Below, piece by piece: positions 1-13,249 of a stretch of 64,000 bases of DNA. Below the pieces are notes generated by a model that did not search any database, was not told the DNA's origin, and saw nothing but the letters and a program-made list of their open reading frames with translations. Position 1 is the stretch's first letter, and every line of letters starts with the position of its first letter. The stretch lies in contig NW_021833892.1 in the NCBI RefSeq assembly GCF_006345805.1, positions 186,001-250,000 of the forward strand. The letters run 5' to 3'. The translations under genes and the position numbers were made by a program. This DNA comes from Octopus sinensis (taxonomy: Eukaryota).

Positions 1-149
1 TGCTATTTTGAATATAGTGTCTTTAAATTTATTATAATTATGCATTTAATTTTTTATTCCGTAAATGAAAATAGTGTTTTCCTCAACAAACGTTACAATT
101 TAGACATTTATCTTTGAGTTTAATTGCTTAAATTACAACAAGGTGTTGT

Positions 150-1043
150 AGAGCTTGTCTTCAGTTTAAATATTTTTATGAATAAAGGAGTCTGCCCTTC
201 GTTTTTTAAACTTTCCTTTCAATCGGCATTTTGAACTTAACCAATTTTGTTCTTTTCAAAGTTAGTTTGAATAGTTTGGGTTGGTAGTTTTTGTTGATAG
301 GCAATGTTTGAACCTTTGAAATCTAGACCCCCGTAGATTAGTGTCGCCAGAGAAATAAGGAAAGATTAAACTGCTTCAAATTTGTTGAGTTCTTTCATAT
401 TAAATATTTGTATGAATAAAAACTTTTTTAAAAGTCAGAATTAATTGATAAAAAGTATTGATTCTTTTAATGAGTAAAGCTTTTTCATAACATTATGTAG
501 TCTTTCATGAGTCAATACATTTTAGCAGTGCCAAAAAGTTTCTTACATAATATTTTATTATCCAGTTACATTATATCTGTCTAGATTCGCATTAAGTCAA
601 CTTTTTTGCTTAAAAAACTATAAATTGATATTTTAAAACAATTCTTAGCAAGATTCGAATTATTTTTTTTAATTAAAAATCATTTTTTTACTTTCAAAAT
701 GGGATTTTAACGCAAAATTTAAATTTTTCTGGGCACAATTAATTGGATTTTTTCGTATTTTAATAGAATGAATTAAAATTTAATACGTTGACACCCCCCA
801 CGTGCCTCATAAACTTTTAAGTTTTTTTTCATTGACATAACTAGCTTTTCTAGGTATTTTTTTGGTGGTGGCTCCCATATTGGAAAGAATTTTGTTTCCA
901 AATCTTTTAAATTTTTGGATGGATTTACTCTTCATCGTATCCAAACATGCTCTATTGAATTTGTCTTTTATATATTCAGTTACTGTTCTTGAAAAATAGA
1001 AAGGGGTATTATCTTGCGAAAAAATTAAAAAGTTTAGCCCCAT
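150..1043 (-). pseudogene. Degenerate transposase/integrase-like coding relic, family not identified
   Basis: 78-aa minus ORF (807-1043) plus broken K/R-rich coding-like frames down to ~150. No diagnostic motif could be fixed. Confidence 0.2.
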
Positions 1044-1099
1044 TTTCGACGTTTATTGTTTCAGATTATTTTTATGCACTTTCGCGATGTCATGGATCA

Positions 1100-1400
1100 T
1101 GACAAAGCTTTTGCAGCGAAAGAAACAACAAGAGTTATTAGTTTGGTTCATTTCCCTCTATTCTTGGCGGTCTCCATGAAAGTAATCTAGATTCAAATTG
1201 TCCGTATCAGAAAGTCTCCATGTTCCGGAATTATAAAGGAGAATAGGTTTAACCAGAGAATTGTATAAGCGTATCCGTTTTTGTGTACTGAGTCTTTTAA
1301 AATTTAGCTAATTTTTCTTTTTTCTTTAAGCTGTGTAGTGCGCTGTTTTCATATTTTTAACCATTTTTTACAAAATAAAGTTAAAAAATTAACAAGTAGT
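1100..1400 (-). mobile_element. RTE-type LINE, RT C-terminal relic
   Basis: Minus frame reads KRIRLYNSLVKPILLYNSGTWRL, the typical RTE post-RT motif. Confidence 0.65.
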
Positions 1401-1500
1401 TTAATTTATTTACTGTTTGATAAAAAAAATTTGTTTCGTTAAAAGAAACCTAACATATATTTCAAACCAATATTGAATTCTTGAATAATTCATTAGTCTA

Positions 1501-3931
1501 ATGCTAAAAATTCTAGCATTTATTCTAATTTCTGCTTGTTGGAGTGAGAGCAGTATTTTAAACAGATAGAAATCAGTTTCACGAGATCTACAGAAGAATC
1601 CAATGAAATCCCACCTTTTTCACCAGGGACTTCACCTGACGCCATGGTCAAGTTAATTAAGCTTATAACACAATTTAGAGAAAATTTAAATTCTCAAGAT
1701 ATGGAACAATACCCATTTAAAGCTGATGTTAAAAATATGATGAACGTCATAATTCGGTCAATCTACAAAGTTCGAGATGTACCCTACTGATCATCAGGCT
1801 AATTCTAGATTTTTGTCCGAGAACTTATATCAAACGGTTCAGATGCTTGTGACAAAATCCGAATGTTAGCTTTAACGGACCCTTCTGTTTTGGACACCAA
1901 TCCTGAACTTAAAATAAGAGTCAAAGTCAATGATTTTAGTAAATTACTTTTTAGGCAAATTTGGAAAATGGGACTCTGACATTTGAAGACACTGGAATTG
2001 GAATGACAAAAAATGAACTTATTAATAATCTTGGAACCATAGCCAATTCAGCAACAGCAAAATTCCTTGAAGAATTTTCGAAAAATGAGGCTGAGAATTT
2101 GGAAAATGATTTAATTGGAAAATTTGGAGTTGGATTTTATTCTTTGTTTCTTGGTATTTGGTTTAATGCAGTTCCTAGTGGCCGACCAAGTAACTGTCGT
2201 TTCAAAGTCGAATTTTGACGATCAATATATTTGGACTTCCGACTCAAAGAGTTTCAATATTGTCAAAGACCCGGATGGAAATACTTGGGAAGAGGAACTC
2301 GCATAATTTTTCGGCTGAGAGAAGATTCGACACATTTTATAAAAACCCAAAAATTAAAAGAACTGATAGAAACTTATAGTCAGTTTATTAATTATCCTAT
2401 CTATTTGTGGCAAGATGTTATTTTTTATTTTTATATTCACAGGGTCAAGAAGAAGAGCAGTCAACAGGCGGAGAATGGAAGTACGTAAATCCTGTTAAAC
2501 CGATTTGGATGCAAAAGTAAATATGTAAAATTGATGTGTAGTCCATTGGATGTAACTGAATTAGAATATGCAGAATTTTATAAATCAATCACGAAGGACA
2601 CTGAAAATCCTCTCCATTACATTCACTTGAACGTAGAAGGCGAAGTTCCTTTTTCTGCCATAATTTTTGTTCCTTCAGAAGTTTTTAGTAACAGAGAACA
2701 TACAATCGGGAAGAAATTAAGCCATTTTCGGGTTGTTCTAATCCCATGACACACTAAACTAATTTAGCTGTATACCAGACGCGTTTTTATAACTGACTCA
2801 TTTGGAGACGAAGAATTCATGCCAAGATATTTAAATTTCCTTTTCATCATAGTCAATTCGGAAGATCTCCCGCTTAGTGTGTCTCGAGAACATTTACAGG
2901 AAAGCAAACTACTCAAGTTAATACGAAGAAAAATAATAAAAAAGACTCTCCACTCATTTGCAACCAATGAAGTTGTTATGGGAAAAATTTGGAACCTTTA
3001 TTCAAATAAACTTAAACTTGGAATTGATGAAGACGAAATTAATAGAAATCGTCTAGCGGATATTTTGCGATTTCCTAGCTCCAAAAACCCCAACGAGATG
3101 ACAACTTTGAAAAAATACATTTCTCGTATGGAACCTGATCAGAAGTCGTTATATTATTTTGGTGGAAGCAGTCGGATAGAGGTAACAAAGTCTCCGTTTG
3201 TGGAACTTCTCTTCAAAAGAAACATTGAAATTATATATTGTTTGAATCGTTAGACGAGCATCTATTGGGAAAATTAGAGAGTTATCGTGGGATCTCACTA
3301 GTCAATATCGCACTTGCAAACATGGATGACCTGTTTGACAAAAATGACCTGAAAGAACAAATGGAAACTTATAACAAATTTTACTCAAAGTTCATATCAA
3401 AATCAAAAACAATTCTCGAATCAGCACTGAATGATGTAGTTATTTCAAATCGCTTAATTTCTTCATCTTGTATTGTAAAGGGAGATTTTAATGGGGTATC
3501 TGGAAATTTGTTGAAATTTATTACTTCTCAGGCACACGAAAAAAACGATTTAGCCCAAGCCAAGTTTGATTTATAAAAATGAAATTTTCAGTTATTTTAA
3601 ACAATTGAAAAAAATTATGGAAATAAATCCATTCCATCCAGTTGTCAAAAAACTCAAAGAACAGCTCGATGTTCTTTTTTTTATTTATTTTTAGTTTGAA
3701 GAAGAACCTTCCGAAGAATGGATTGAGAATTTAAAATTCTTTTACCAACTGTGTGAAATCCGGTCTCAATTTACTCCAAAAGACCTGTCCCAATTTGCAA
3801 TAAGGGCAGAAAAATTTTTGAAGGCGGGATTTGGAATTTCAGAAAATAATGAAGTTTTAGAGACAGTAGATGACAACATTTTCAAAAAATACTCGACGAA
3901 TAACGGCGATTCGTTAAGTGTAGAATTATAG
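1501..3931 (+). CDS. HSP90B1: Endoplasmin / GRP94 (ER Hsp90), multi-exon
   Basis: Signal-peptide-like start [14 protein letters not shown]. Motifs [40 protein letters not shown] and [13 protein letters not shown]; middle and C-terminal Hsp90 domains; ends SVEL*. Introns such as gtacc...tctag (30 nt) and gtattt...cctag (25 nt). Two 1-nt homopolymer frameshifts (~2286, ~3242). First intron not resolved. Confidence 0.93.
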
Positions 3932-4059
3932 GAGTTTGGAATAATGTTTTACTAATCTCTTAATGTGCCTAATGGTTAATCTTTTGGAATTTTGTTTAAA
4001 AATGAGCACACATTTATACCTCTCATCTTTAATCGCTTTCTGAACATAACTATACCATT

Positions 4060-4200
4060 TCTCATACTTAATGAGATTAACACTAAACTAAGTGGGATTA
4101 GCAGAAGACTAAGATGGTTTAGAAGAAAACTATGTGGGACTAACAGTAAACTAATTGGAATTAACAGTAGACTAATTAGGATTAGGATTAATAACGAACT
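4060..4200. repeat. Degenerate 21-bp tandem repeat, about 6 copies
   Basis: Units act-aag-tgg-gat-tag-cag-aag / act-aag-atg-gtt-tag-aag-aaa / act-atg-tgg-gac-taa-cag-taa / act-aat-tgg-aat-taa-cag-tag / act-aat-tag-gat-tag-gat-taa. Confidence 0.7.
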
Positions 4201-4534
4201 GAATGAGATCAATAAAGGATTACTTTTATTATAAATATTATATTTTGACCCGGCAAATAAAAATGTTACGTAGATTATTGTAAAAGAAACATCAAATGCA
4301 TAAAAACAAACTAAATTTAATTTCAGCTACAGAATCAGGTGAGGATTGGAAAAAACAGCAATAGAACTCAATATCTAAAGAACGAAAGCATATCGTTGGA
4401 TAAGGGATGGAGACAAATCTGACAGGAGAGATGGAAATTATAGATAAAAATTTAACAAAGAACATGCAGATTTTTTATATCATGCTTTGAAAGCGTTAAT
4501 ACAATTACTCTTTATGGAATAAAACAAACATTTG

Positions 4535-6450
4535 AATTACATTTTTATCCGTGGGCTCTTGCAAAGCATTTGTGGGTCTGGTTCGAACTGGTTCTCGGAC
4601 AGAATCCAATTCTCCTCCACAAAATTTATGACCTCAGTAGCCACCAAGTTAGTCATCAACTTGTACAGGTTGGGCATACAGGTTATCGGACGATTTATTC
4701 GTCAGAGCGAAAGGGTTATCTACCTTAGGAATCAAATAAGTTACCACAGTACATAACCACTCTGGAATCGAGCCAGGGTCAGGTGTAAACTGTTCGATTG
4801 TTTGCAATTTTTTATAAAGAAATTATACACCCTATCGACCCCAGGTGTCTTCCAGTCAGAGAGACGAGTTACTACCTCATCAATCTTCTTGTGGATGTCA
4901 GAGACACCACAAAACTTGGTCATCAAGGGAGCATCGGATCCACAAAACGAAAACGATATACCCTTGCGAGGACATGCATTCCACATACTCCCCCATATGT
5001 CAAGCATTTCGACCTTTTTCGGGGTACCCTTCTTCGTCTCTCCGTCCAGTCGTCGATAGAACAGCTTGCGATTAAACTCAAACAGGTTGTTCTCTTGAAT
5101 GAGCTGACATCGAGACTCATGAAATAAGACCTTTTTTGATAAACGAGAATCAGCTCCTCACTTACTGCCTAGGCACGTCTGAAGTTGTCGAGTTCCCATT
5201 TGGCAGCTCGTTTCCGACGAAGTACAGTACGCACCAAAATGGGAGTCTCTCTCTTGATCCCATTGCTCACATTATAATTGTGCCCAGTCAGCTCTTCCAG
5301 CTCGGCCTTTCTTGCGGATTGTGTAAAAGCCTACGCACGATCGTGTAAAATATGGTACGATTGATGCAACTCATAACGTCACTCCTGAGTTGTTACCGAG
5401 GTATCTTTCAGGTCACTCTGCAATCCGCAAGGGGGACAACACGATTCGCAGGAATATGCCTACTAAATATCTCTTTAACCTGCAAGAGTAGCGATAACTC
5501 GCAACTTTGGTGCTCGTGTTGTTCAAAACACGGAAGAATCCTGACGGCGTAACCCCAGCACCAGTCCTCCCCCGCAAGCCAGGAGGAGGGGTTTTGGCTA
5601 GCTTCTTCAGTACATTCAACGATAGGTTTGAGCTAAAGCGTCGATTGAAGCACTAATGCAGGTTAGGCGACCCATTCCTGGGCATCCTGAAAGCTCTTCC
5701 TAACAGATGGGAAAGAGCGGATTTAACCCAGTCCTCCCGTGCACTCAGTTCCTTCTTTTTATTATTATTATTATTTAAGCCAAACAAAATCACCGTCTTA
5801 ACCATTAACTAACACGTTCAGGTGATTCCGACACTTCTCAACAGTCGAGCCATCTTTTCACGATGTTCCGACCGTGACCCAACACACTTTCTGTATGTAC
5901 GGTGAATGGTTTGTGGTCCATTTCCACGATCCCCCCCATTTGCCTCTACGAGAGACTCCAGTGTTCTATGGACAATTTCCCTATCGGTATGGTCCTTCAG
6001 TAGGTTGATAGATCGTTCTTGAATTTTTTCGATTTTTAGCCGGTTCGTTGCCGTCAGGTTACAGCCCCAAGCAGCACATGCATAGCCTATTGTTGGCTCG
6101 ATATACTGCTTGTAAAGGGTCTCTACCCCTGGCGGATAAGTTCTCCCACAGTTCCAAAGGAAGGCTTTTACAAAATTGTAATGGGAAGAACGATATTCTT
6201 TGAGGTTTATAAATATTATATTGTTCAGAATCGAAATTAAGATAACTGACAAATTTTTTTAATAAATTCAGAAAAAAAGTTCAAGGATTAAAATTATCAT
6301 TAATTAGTGTTTCTTTTCCTTAAAAATGCTGTCCCCTTGTCCGGTCACGTCCAGACATCTCTTTTTTCTTATTTTAGTAAGAAAGCTGACTTCCCTGGAA
6401 AGCCAACTCACACTTCCATCAACTGTTCATCTTTTTCGCAATTCATCTTG
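4535..6450 (-). mobile_element. R4/Dong-clade non-LTR retrotransposon, 5' region and RT N-terminus, 3'-truncated, interrupted by a LINE fragment
   Basis: Minus frames WKTPGVDRVYNFFIK and RPITCMPNLYKLMT...LSENQ. 5136-5755 and 6165-6450 are reverse-complement homologues of 46225-47130. Confidence 0.8.
5761..6165 (-). mobile_element. 5'-truncated LINE 3' end (I/Jockey/CR1-like) with (TAA)n tail
   Basis: LYKQYIEPTIGYACAAWG...KIEKIQERS and C-terminus KMARLLRSVGIT*. (ATT)n at 5761-5775. Absent at the matching position of the second R4 copy (46480). Confidence 0.75.
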
Positions 6451-6469
6451 ATTTTCTGATAAGAGTTAA

Positions 6470-6640
6470 AAGAGTACGGTCTGTCAGGCCGGATGTATGA
6501 GTAACCTGAAAAATTGAGCATAGGGGTTTTGGATGACAGCTTTGTTTCTTGCACCCACGCAATGTCCAGATCGCACTTCTTCATTAAACAGAGTTCAGCA
6601 GTGTTGTGGGCAATCCCATTTGGTATGCGTAGTGGTTCTT
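6470..6640 (-). mobile_element. LINE apurinic-endonuclease N-terminal fragment
   Basis: Minus frame NGIAHNTAELCLMKKCDLDIAWVQETKL...SGYSYIRPDR (APE QETK motif). Confidence 0.65.
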
Positions 6641-6959
6641 CCTCGCGGGTACCAGATTTTGGTCGATGTCTTAGGAAAGAAGAACGGCGTATAAAAGAAA
6701 GATGCTTGGAGGCAACTTTGAAGCAATCAACATCACGGAAAATATCCGAGAATACGACGAAAAACTATCATTTGCCACCATTAGAAAATGACGGATTGAC
6801 AAAATTTGCCGTACGACACTGTTTGTTCCCAGGCGATCACCCAGCGAAGTACTAGAACATGCTGTAATCGCTTAACTGCCGTGTTCGATTGGGAACGGGT
6901 ATTTACGACTAAGTATGATCGTACGTTACTAATAAAATTAATTATAGAGTATACGTGTG

Positions 6960-7090
6960 TTTTGACCTCTTCTATTTCCCCCCCTCCCGATTACTGTGGA
7001 GCCTGGTTTGCTGCAAGTTAGTGTAGCATTTTCGCCGATAAGAGTCGACGCAAGTGGCATCTCAAACTAGAAGCTTGTCCTTTTTGCCGG
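6960..7090 (-). mobile_element. CRE-clade non-LTR fragment (RLE domain)
   Basis: Minus frame LLV*DATCVDSY, matching the LxWDxTCVD motif of the other CRE copies. Confidence 0.5.
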
Positions 7091-7240
7091 TAATAGTCGT
7101 CCGAAGACTTCCGATTTGGAAGACTTTATTCAATTAAGTTTTTTTAAAGCTACTATTGAATAACTCTCTGATTTCACAAAAATAAAATAATTACCTTCTC
7201 AATCAGAAAATTTCCTTAATATCATACACATGTATATAAT

Positions 7241-8100
7241 TTTTTTTTTTTTTTTTTTTTATTAAATTTATACAAACAAGACAAAAATTACAGATAGCTA
7301 AGTTAGTTAAAGGCCTCACGAGACACCCGACCAGCCGCGCGAATGGCGAAGACGTTCCCTCGGATCACAGCAATCGACAGACGTTCCAGGAGCCAAGAAA
7401 ACTCTCTTGGATCGTGACTAGTCCTTGAAATCCGTCGACCGAGCGAGCGAAGGAAGCGGAGTGTCTTGGGACCGAAGATCCCGGAGGACTCCAAGGCAAT
7501 TGGAGTAAAGAGCAGCGAGTTGGACAGGTGGCCGTACTTGAGAATCTTTCGCTCCTCGGCCTGCCTGGAAGCGTGCCCAGGATTGGCGGCGGACAGCGCG
7601 AGATTTCCCAGCGAGAACGTGTCCGAGCAGGTAGAATCCCAAATAAGGGATTTCCCCTGCTCGTAGGGGAAGGTGGACATGCCGTCAGGGCGTTTGCCAT
7701 CCCCTCTAACCAATCCAACAGGTTCAAGGATAGACGGGATGCCTGCTGAGGCGAGGCTCTCTGTACGACTGAGTTGAGTTCACTGTGACGGGGGGCACGA
7801 CCGGCACTCCGCCGGCAAGCGAGGGATGCAAACCGTACTCGTCAACAGTTCCCCCACAACGGCATTTGTGCGACTGGCAGATTTTCAGCCCGACACGGAG
7901 GGAGATTGCGATTCTTAGGCATTCCTTGTCCAACAGGTTCCCGATGGAAGGGAGAGGGAGAGCCTTTAACCAGACACCGCTGCTTTCACAGCGACCTGCA
8001 CGGAGGCAAGCGACACGGTGTTGATTGGAGACAGGAAGCAGGCCTTCGAAGATTGCCTGACAAGAGATTTCGTCCCATTGGCGCTGTACAGATTGAGAGT
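7241..8100 (-). mobile_element. CRE-clade non-LTR retrotransposon, 5'-truncated, with poly(A) tail and TSD
   Basis: CRCGGTVDEYGLH zinc knuckle and GDGKRPDG...LIWDSTCSDTF...ESSG RLE motifs. Poly(T) at 7241-7260 on the plus strand. 10-bp TSD TGTATATAAT at 7231-7240 and 8101-8110. Confidence 0.9.
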
Positions 8101-8142
8101 TGTATATAATTAAAACAAAACCTTCGATTTTAAAAAAACAAA

Positions 8143-9667
<1,525 letters not shown>

Positions 9668-9740
9668 AAGAAAATGATATAGTCATGGAAACATTATTTT
9701 AAGTTATTTAATTTAATTTAGTTAATTAATAATATTAATT
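9668..9740. promoter_or_regulatory. 73-bp AT-rich intergenic between divergent ATGs (putative bidirectional promoter)
   Basis: TTLL1 ATG on minus at 9667; inferred CENP-I-like ATG on plus at 9741. Confidence 0.45.
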
Positions 9741-10619
9741 ATGGATTCGTGTTATGTGTCCGCACATGATCTTAAAAAATTCTCTAAAACATTATTAAAA
9801 TGCAAATACGAAAGTAAATTTAAATATATTTTAATTAAAAATCAGATATAGATAAAATAAAGTCGTTTATTCAAATGGCCCTTCCAAAAGAGCGAATACC
9901 AACTATTGTTGCCAAAAGAATGATTAAATTTGTTATAAAAAATATATATATCAAAATTAAAGACTGCTTAATAACTATTGCCAAATTTTTGGTGATTTCC
10001 TTCGAATTTATTGAAGAAAGTCACGAATTGAGACAGTTTTATGGACATTTAGTGTCAATAATAAACACTCGAGGTTTATCTGAGCCTATATCAATACTTC
10101 TTTGTCTTCTCACAAAGAAATCCGATGTAAACCCTCATGTAATAAAACACATCGAAGAACTTTCAGAATCTAATGTTAAAAACTATTTATTTAAATTTAG
10201 TCCGATGTTTTTATCCTTTTGAACAAATACAGAAATTTACAACAAAATCTTCCCACTGTAGTCATTATATTGTCAATTTTTAGTTTAAAAATATTAGTTT
10301 TGATTTACATAATTGGTCAAAGCGACTTATACGACATTATGAAGTCGTTGAGATCCCAGAAGTCGGTCCTTACTATGTTTTTAATATTTCAGTTGAGTCC
10401 CAACCTTCATTTGAATGGCTACATACTAATGACCTCACACAAAATATGCTTGATGACTTCCTAGTAAAATCTATCGATCGAAACTACTACAAAATGTTTG
10501 ACAACTATGTCGATTTTCATCTTTCTAGTTTTTGTTTTTTAACAAATAGAATTGTTAACCCAATCAAATTCAACCTCCTCTCTTCTCAGCTGTATGTGTC
10601 ATTTCGCAGAATATTTTAA
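9741..10619 (+). CDS. CENPI: CENP-I/Mis6-like protein, shortened to about 260 aa, 4 exons
   Basis: Spliced model MDSCYVSAH...KYE|NIDKIKSFIQMALPKERIP...KFLVISFEFIEESHELRQFYGHLVSIINTRGLSEPISILLCLLTKKSDVNPHVIKHIEEL...|SDVFILLNKYRNLQQNLPT|FKNISFDLHNW...RRIF*. It resembles, from memory, human CENP-I RWLVAMFDFID...LYGFFF...VCHLLYLLTKKENVKPFRVRKLLDL. Three GT-AG micro-introns restore the frame. Confidence 0.55.
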
Positions 10620-11700
10620 CGTTTGTTCAAAAAATAATTTTTTAGGAGATTCCTGAATCGTGTTCCCGATTTGTCCTCCGCGTAGTGAAACGGTGGGATT
10701 TTCATTTTCTTCGAACCGAAATACTCCATCTCATTCCTTATTTGCCTCCTATGGGTTGATCTCTCATTTTTTTCAATTTCAGACCTCCAAAGTGACATAT
10801 TTCTTTGTTTTCGAAGAATCTTGTTGTTCATTACATCAGAAGAAGCGAATATTTATTTCACTGTTTTTTACAGACTATTTAACAATTGGCTACAATATGG
10901 GGACCCTTTGTTGTAATTTGCGTTAATTTTAGTATTTTAGTTCGCAGAATGTGGTACAGAGGGATGTTGACGAATTTATAGTCGAACTCGTCGTTTTTAT
11001 GTCCCGTCTAGGCGTCTCGTATTTAAAAATTCTCACTTTACGTTGTGATGTTGCCACATCCATGCTCAGATCAACTGTGCTGATATTTCTTCATACTGTT
11101 TTTGGTTATTTGCTCATTTGAAAAGGTCTCCACTCTCACTTTGATTCGTGATGCCGATGTTTTTTATTTATTGTTTGTGTACTTGGTGTTTTGTGATGAT
11201 CTGACGCTGGTCATTCCGTCTCTTTCCTTGTTTACTGAGTATTTGTATGTTTTGAATATTTTTCTAGTGCCTACTTATTTTGGGAGAGTAGACAAGATGT
11301 TCATGTACTTTCTTAGGTGATAATTTTAGTTTGAAAGAATCAAGTTATTGATGGCGGATATTATTGCTGTTCTGTGGAATGGGGGGAGTTCTGAGTGTGT
11401 TACTAAACTTATTTATTTGGTAAATCCTCGTTTGCAGGGAGGTTATGTGGAGTCTTCACTTATGACCCACCCCGCTTTTGAGAGCATTGTTGCTGACTAT
11501 ATCGGCATGGTTTTGCTTGGTGTGTTTAAGTTATTTTAGGATGTGGATTGTATTAATGCTGATGTTTGCGGAAGGCTTTTAGTATTTTTTGTTTTTTAAT
11601 TATAGCCATCTATGAAGTTTGGCTTTCTTGAATATCTCCTCAAAAGAAGTTTTGTCTATAAACCGATTTTTGATTTATTGCGTTATTTTGACAATTTTCA
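10620..11700 (-). mobile_element. Probable LINE ORF1 (gag-like) relic
   Basis: Broken minus frames rich in K/N/Q/H, with Cys/His remnants near 10900-11080. Confidence 0.3.
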
Positions 11701-11849
11701 TGTTAATTGACTTTTTATATATTGTGTTTTTTTAATTATTTTGTTTATTTAATTGCAACGAAAGTCATCTTTGTATACAGTTTGTTTTTTAATTTAACAA
11801 AAATAATTTCAATACACTCAGAACTTGTTTCAAAAAAATCTAAGTTGAA

Positions 11850-12400
11850 AAATTCATCTACTTGAAAGCCTCGAGAATTATCCAAAAATTTCCAAATGAA
11901 TTTTCAATTACCCTCAGTGGAGCATTATATTGAAATTTATGGGATATTTGTGTAACATATTATATAAAAAGGTTTATTGAAAAACACAAATTTACGCTAA
12001 AACATATTTCATATATAAACGAATCTGGAAAAACGATTCAAACGTTTCTTCCCAATGCTAGTGATACGAATGATTTTTCATTAAATGTACCGAAGCATTT
12101 GTTCTAGCAATATTCCGTTATATAAACTAAGAAATCCTGCCTTAATCAATTTTTTTCAATACTATCGGATTCATGTTACCTTCAGAATCCAAATGTAAAA
12201 ACAATGTCAATATCACGATAGTACTGCAACACGCCACGTAATTTGACGGTAGCGTGGTTTGGCGTATAGTCAGGATTCCTAAAAATCATGATTTTTTTGA
12301 TTTTAATCAGATTTATTTAAAAGCCTGTAAATAAAGACAAGTTTGGCAGATATGAAACTTGCTTATATTCTACTAACACTTCTTTTGGTGCTGTAGAACA
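11850..12400 (-). mobile_element. PIF/Harbinger-like transposase relic
   Basis: Minus frames FNIMLH / LRVIENSFGNFWIIL resemble the FNxxLSxxRxxIExxFG motif. Confidence 0.35.
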
Positions 12401-12439
12401 TCTCGAATTTGTTTAATTTGTCCAAATCTCGTCATAAAA

Positions 12440-13245
12440 TCTTGTTTTCCTTCTCGTCATAAAATTGGTGGTCCATTACTCGATCAAGTGTACGACTAAC
12501 TACATGAGAACTGTCGACAAAGACTTTAGGACAAAACAGTGTCTATGGTGTTGGCTGGATGAATTAACACTTATAATGAATCTCGGCGGACAGAGTGAGA
12601 TTTCCGACCGAAAACGTGTCCGAACAGATAGAATCCCAAATAAGGGATTTCTCCTGCTCGTATGGGAAGATGGACATACCGTCTGGCGTTTGCCGTCACC
12701 TGTTACTTGTGTTTCGGTTGTAACATCGGATGGAGAAAGCTATCTAATTGACACTGTAGACACCTTTGGACACAGACACATTGCAGAGTATTTTGAATCT
12801 GTTGCATTAGAATATACAAGTCTGGCGAGTAACAGTTTGGATGTTCAATCGGAAGTCTTGTGATGGACAATCCTGCCAACATGACTAAAATGAGACTGAT
12901 AATGATGCAAGATGACAGTGAAATTATTACATATGGCTGCTCGACACATTATTTCAACATTCTCGCAAAAAATGTACAAGTAGCTGACGTTAAAGAAACC
13001 ATCGTAAAAATAAATAAATGCTTTCGAAATGTCCATCTTCCAGTCGCAGTGGTACAAATCTGCTGGAGGAAAAGAACTTGTTCTTCCGATTGATGTTTTC
13101 TGGAACACTTTATCAGATTGTTTTGAATCTTATCTGGATAATTGGTCTAGAATTTTGAGAATTTGTGAAGAAGACAGATCCGATATTGATACAGGTATTG
13201 CTTCCAAGGTCCAAAATATTCTCGTAAAGAATATTTGCGGCTGAT
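12440..13245 (+). mobile_element. hAT (DUF659/Ac-like) transposase relic
   Basis: G*INTYNE|PVTCVSVVTSDG, DNPANMTKMR, YGCSTHYFNILAK, KCFRNVHLP, AGGKELVLPIDVFWNTLSDCFESYLDNW. Confidence 0.75.
12584..12697 (-). mobile_element. Internal ~115-bp CRE-clade fragment inserted in the hAT relic
   Basis: Close match to 7586-7700 (GDGKR...WDS.CSDTF). The hAT frame resumes on both sides. Confidence 0.8.
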
Positions 13246-13249
13246 TTTT

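Noticed and set aside
5756-5780. Dong-style targeting of a (TAA)n microsatellite by the R4 element
   Set aside because: Comparison with the copy at 46225-48545 shows the (TAA)n is the tail of a LINE inserted into R4, not an R4 target.
10616-10619. Convergent genes with overlapping stop codons (TTAA)
   Set aside because: The minus ORF 10616-10831 has no recognisable host homology and lies in a probable LINE relic. TTAA overlap is common by chance in AT-rich DNA.
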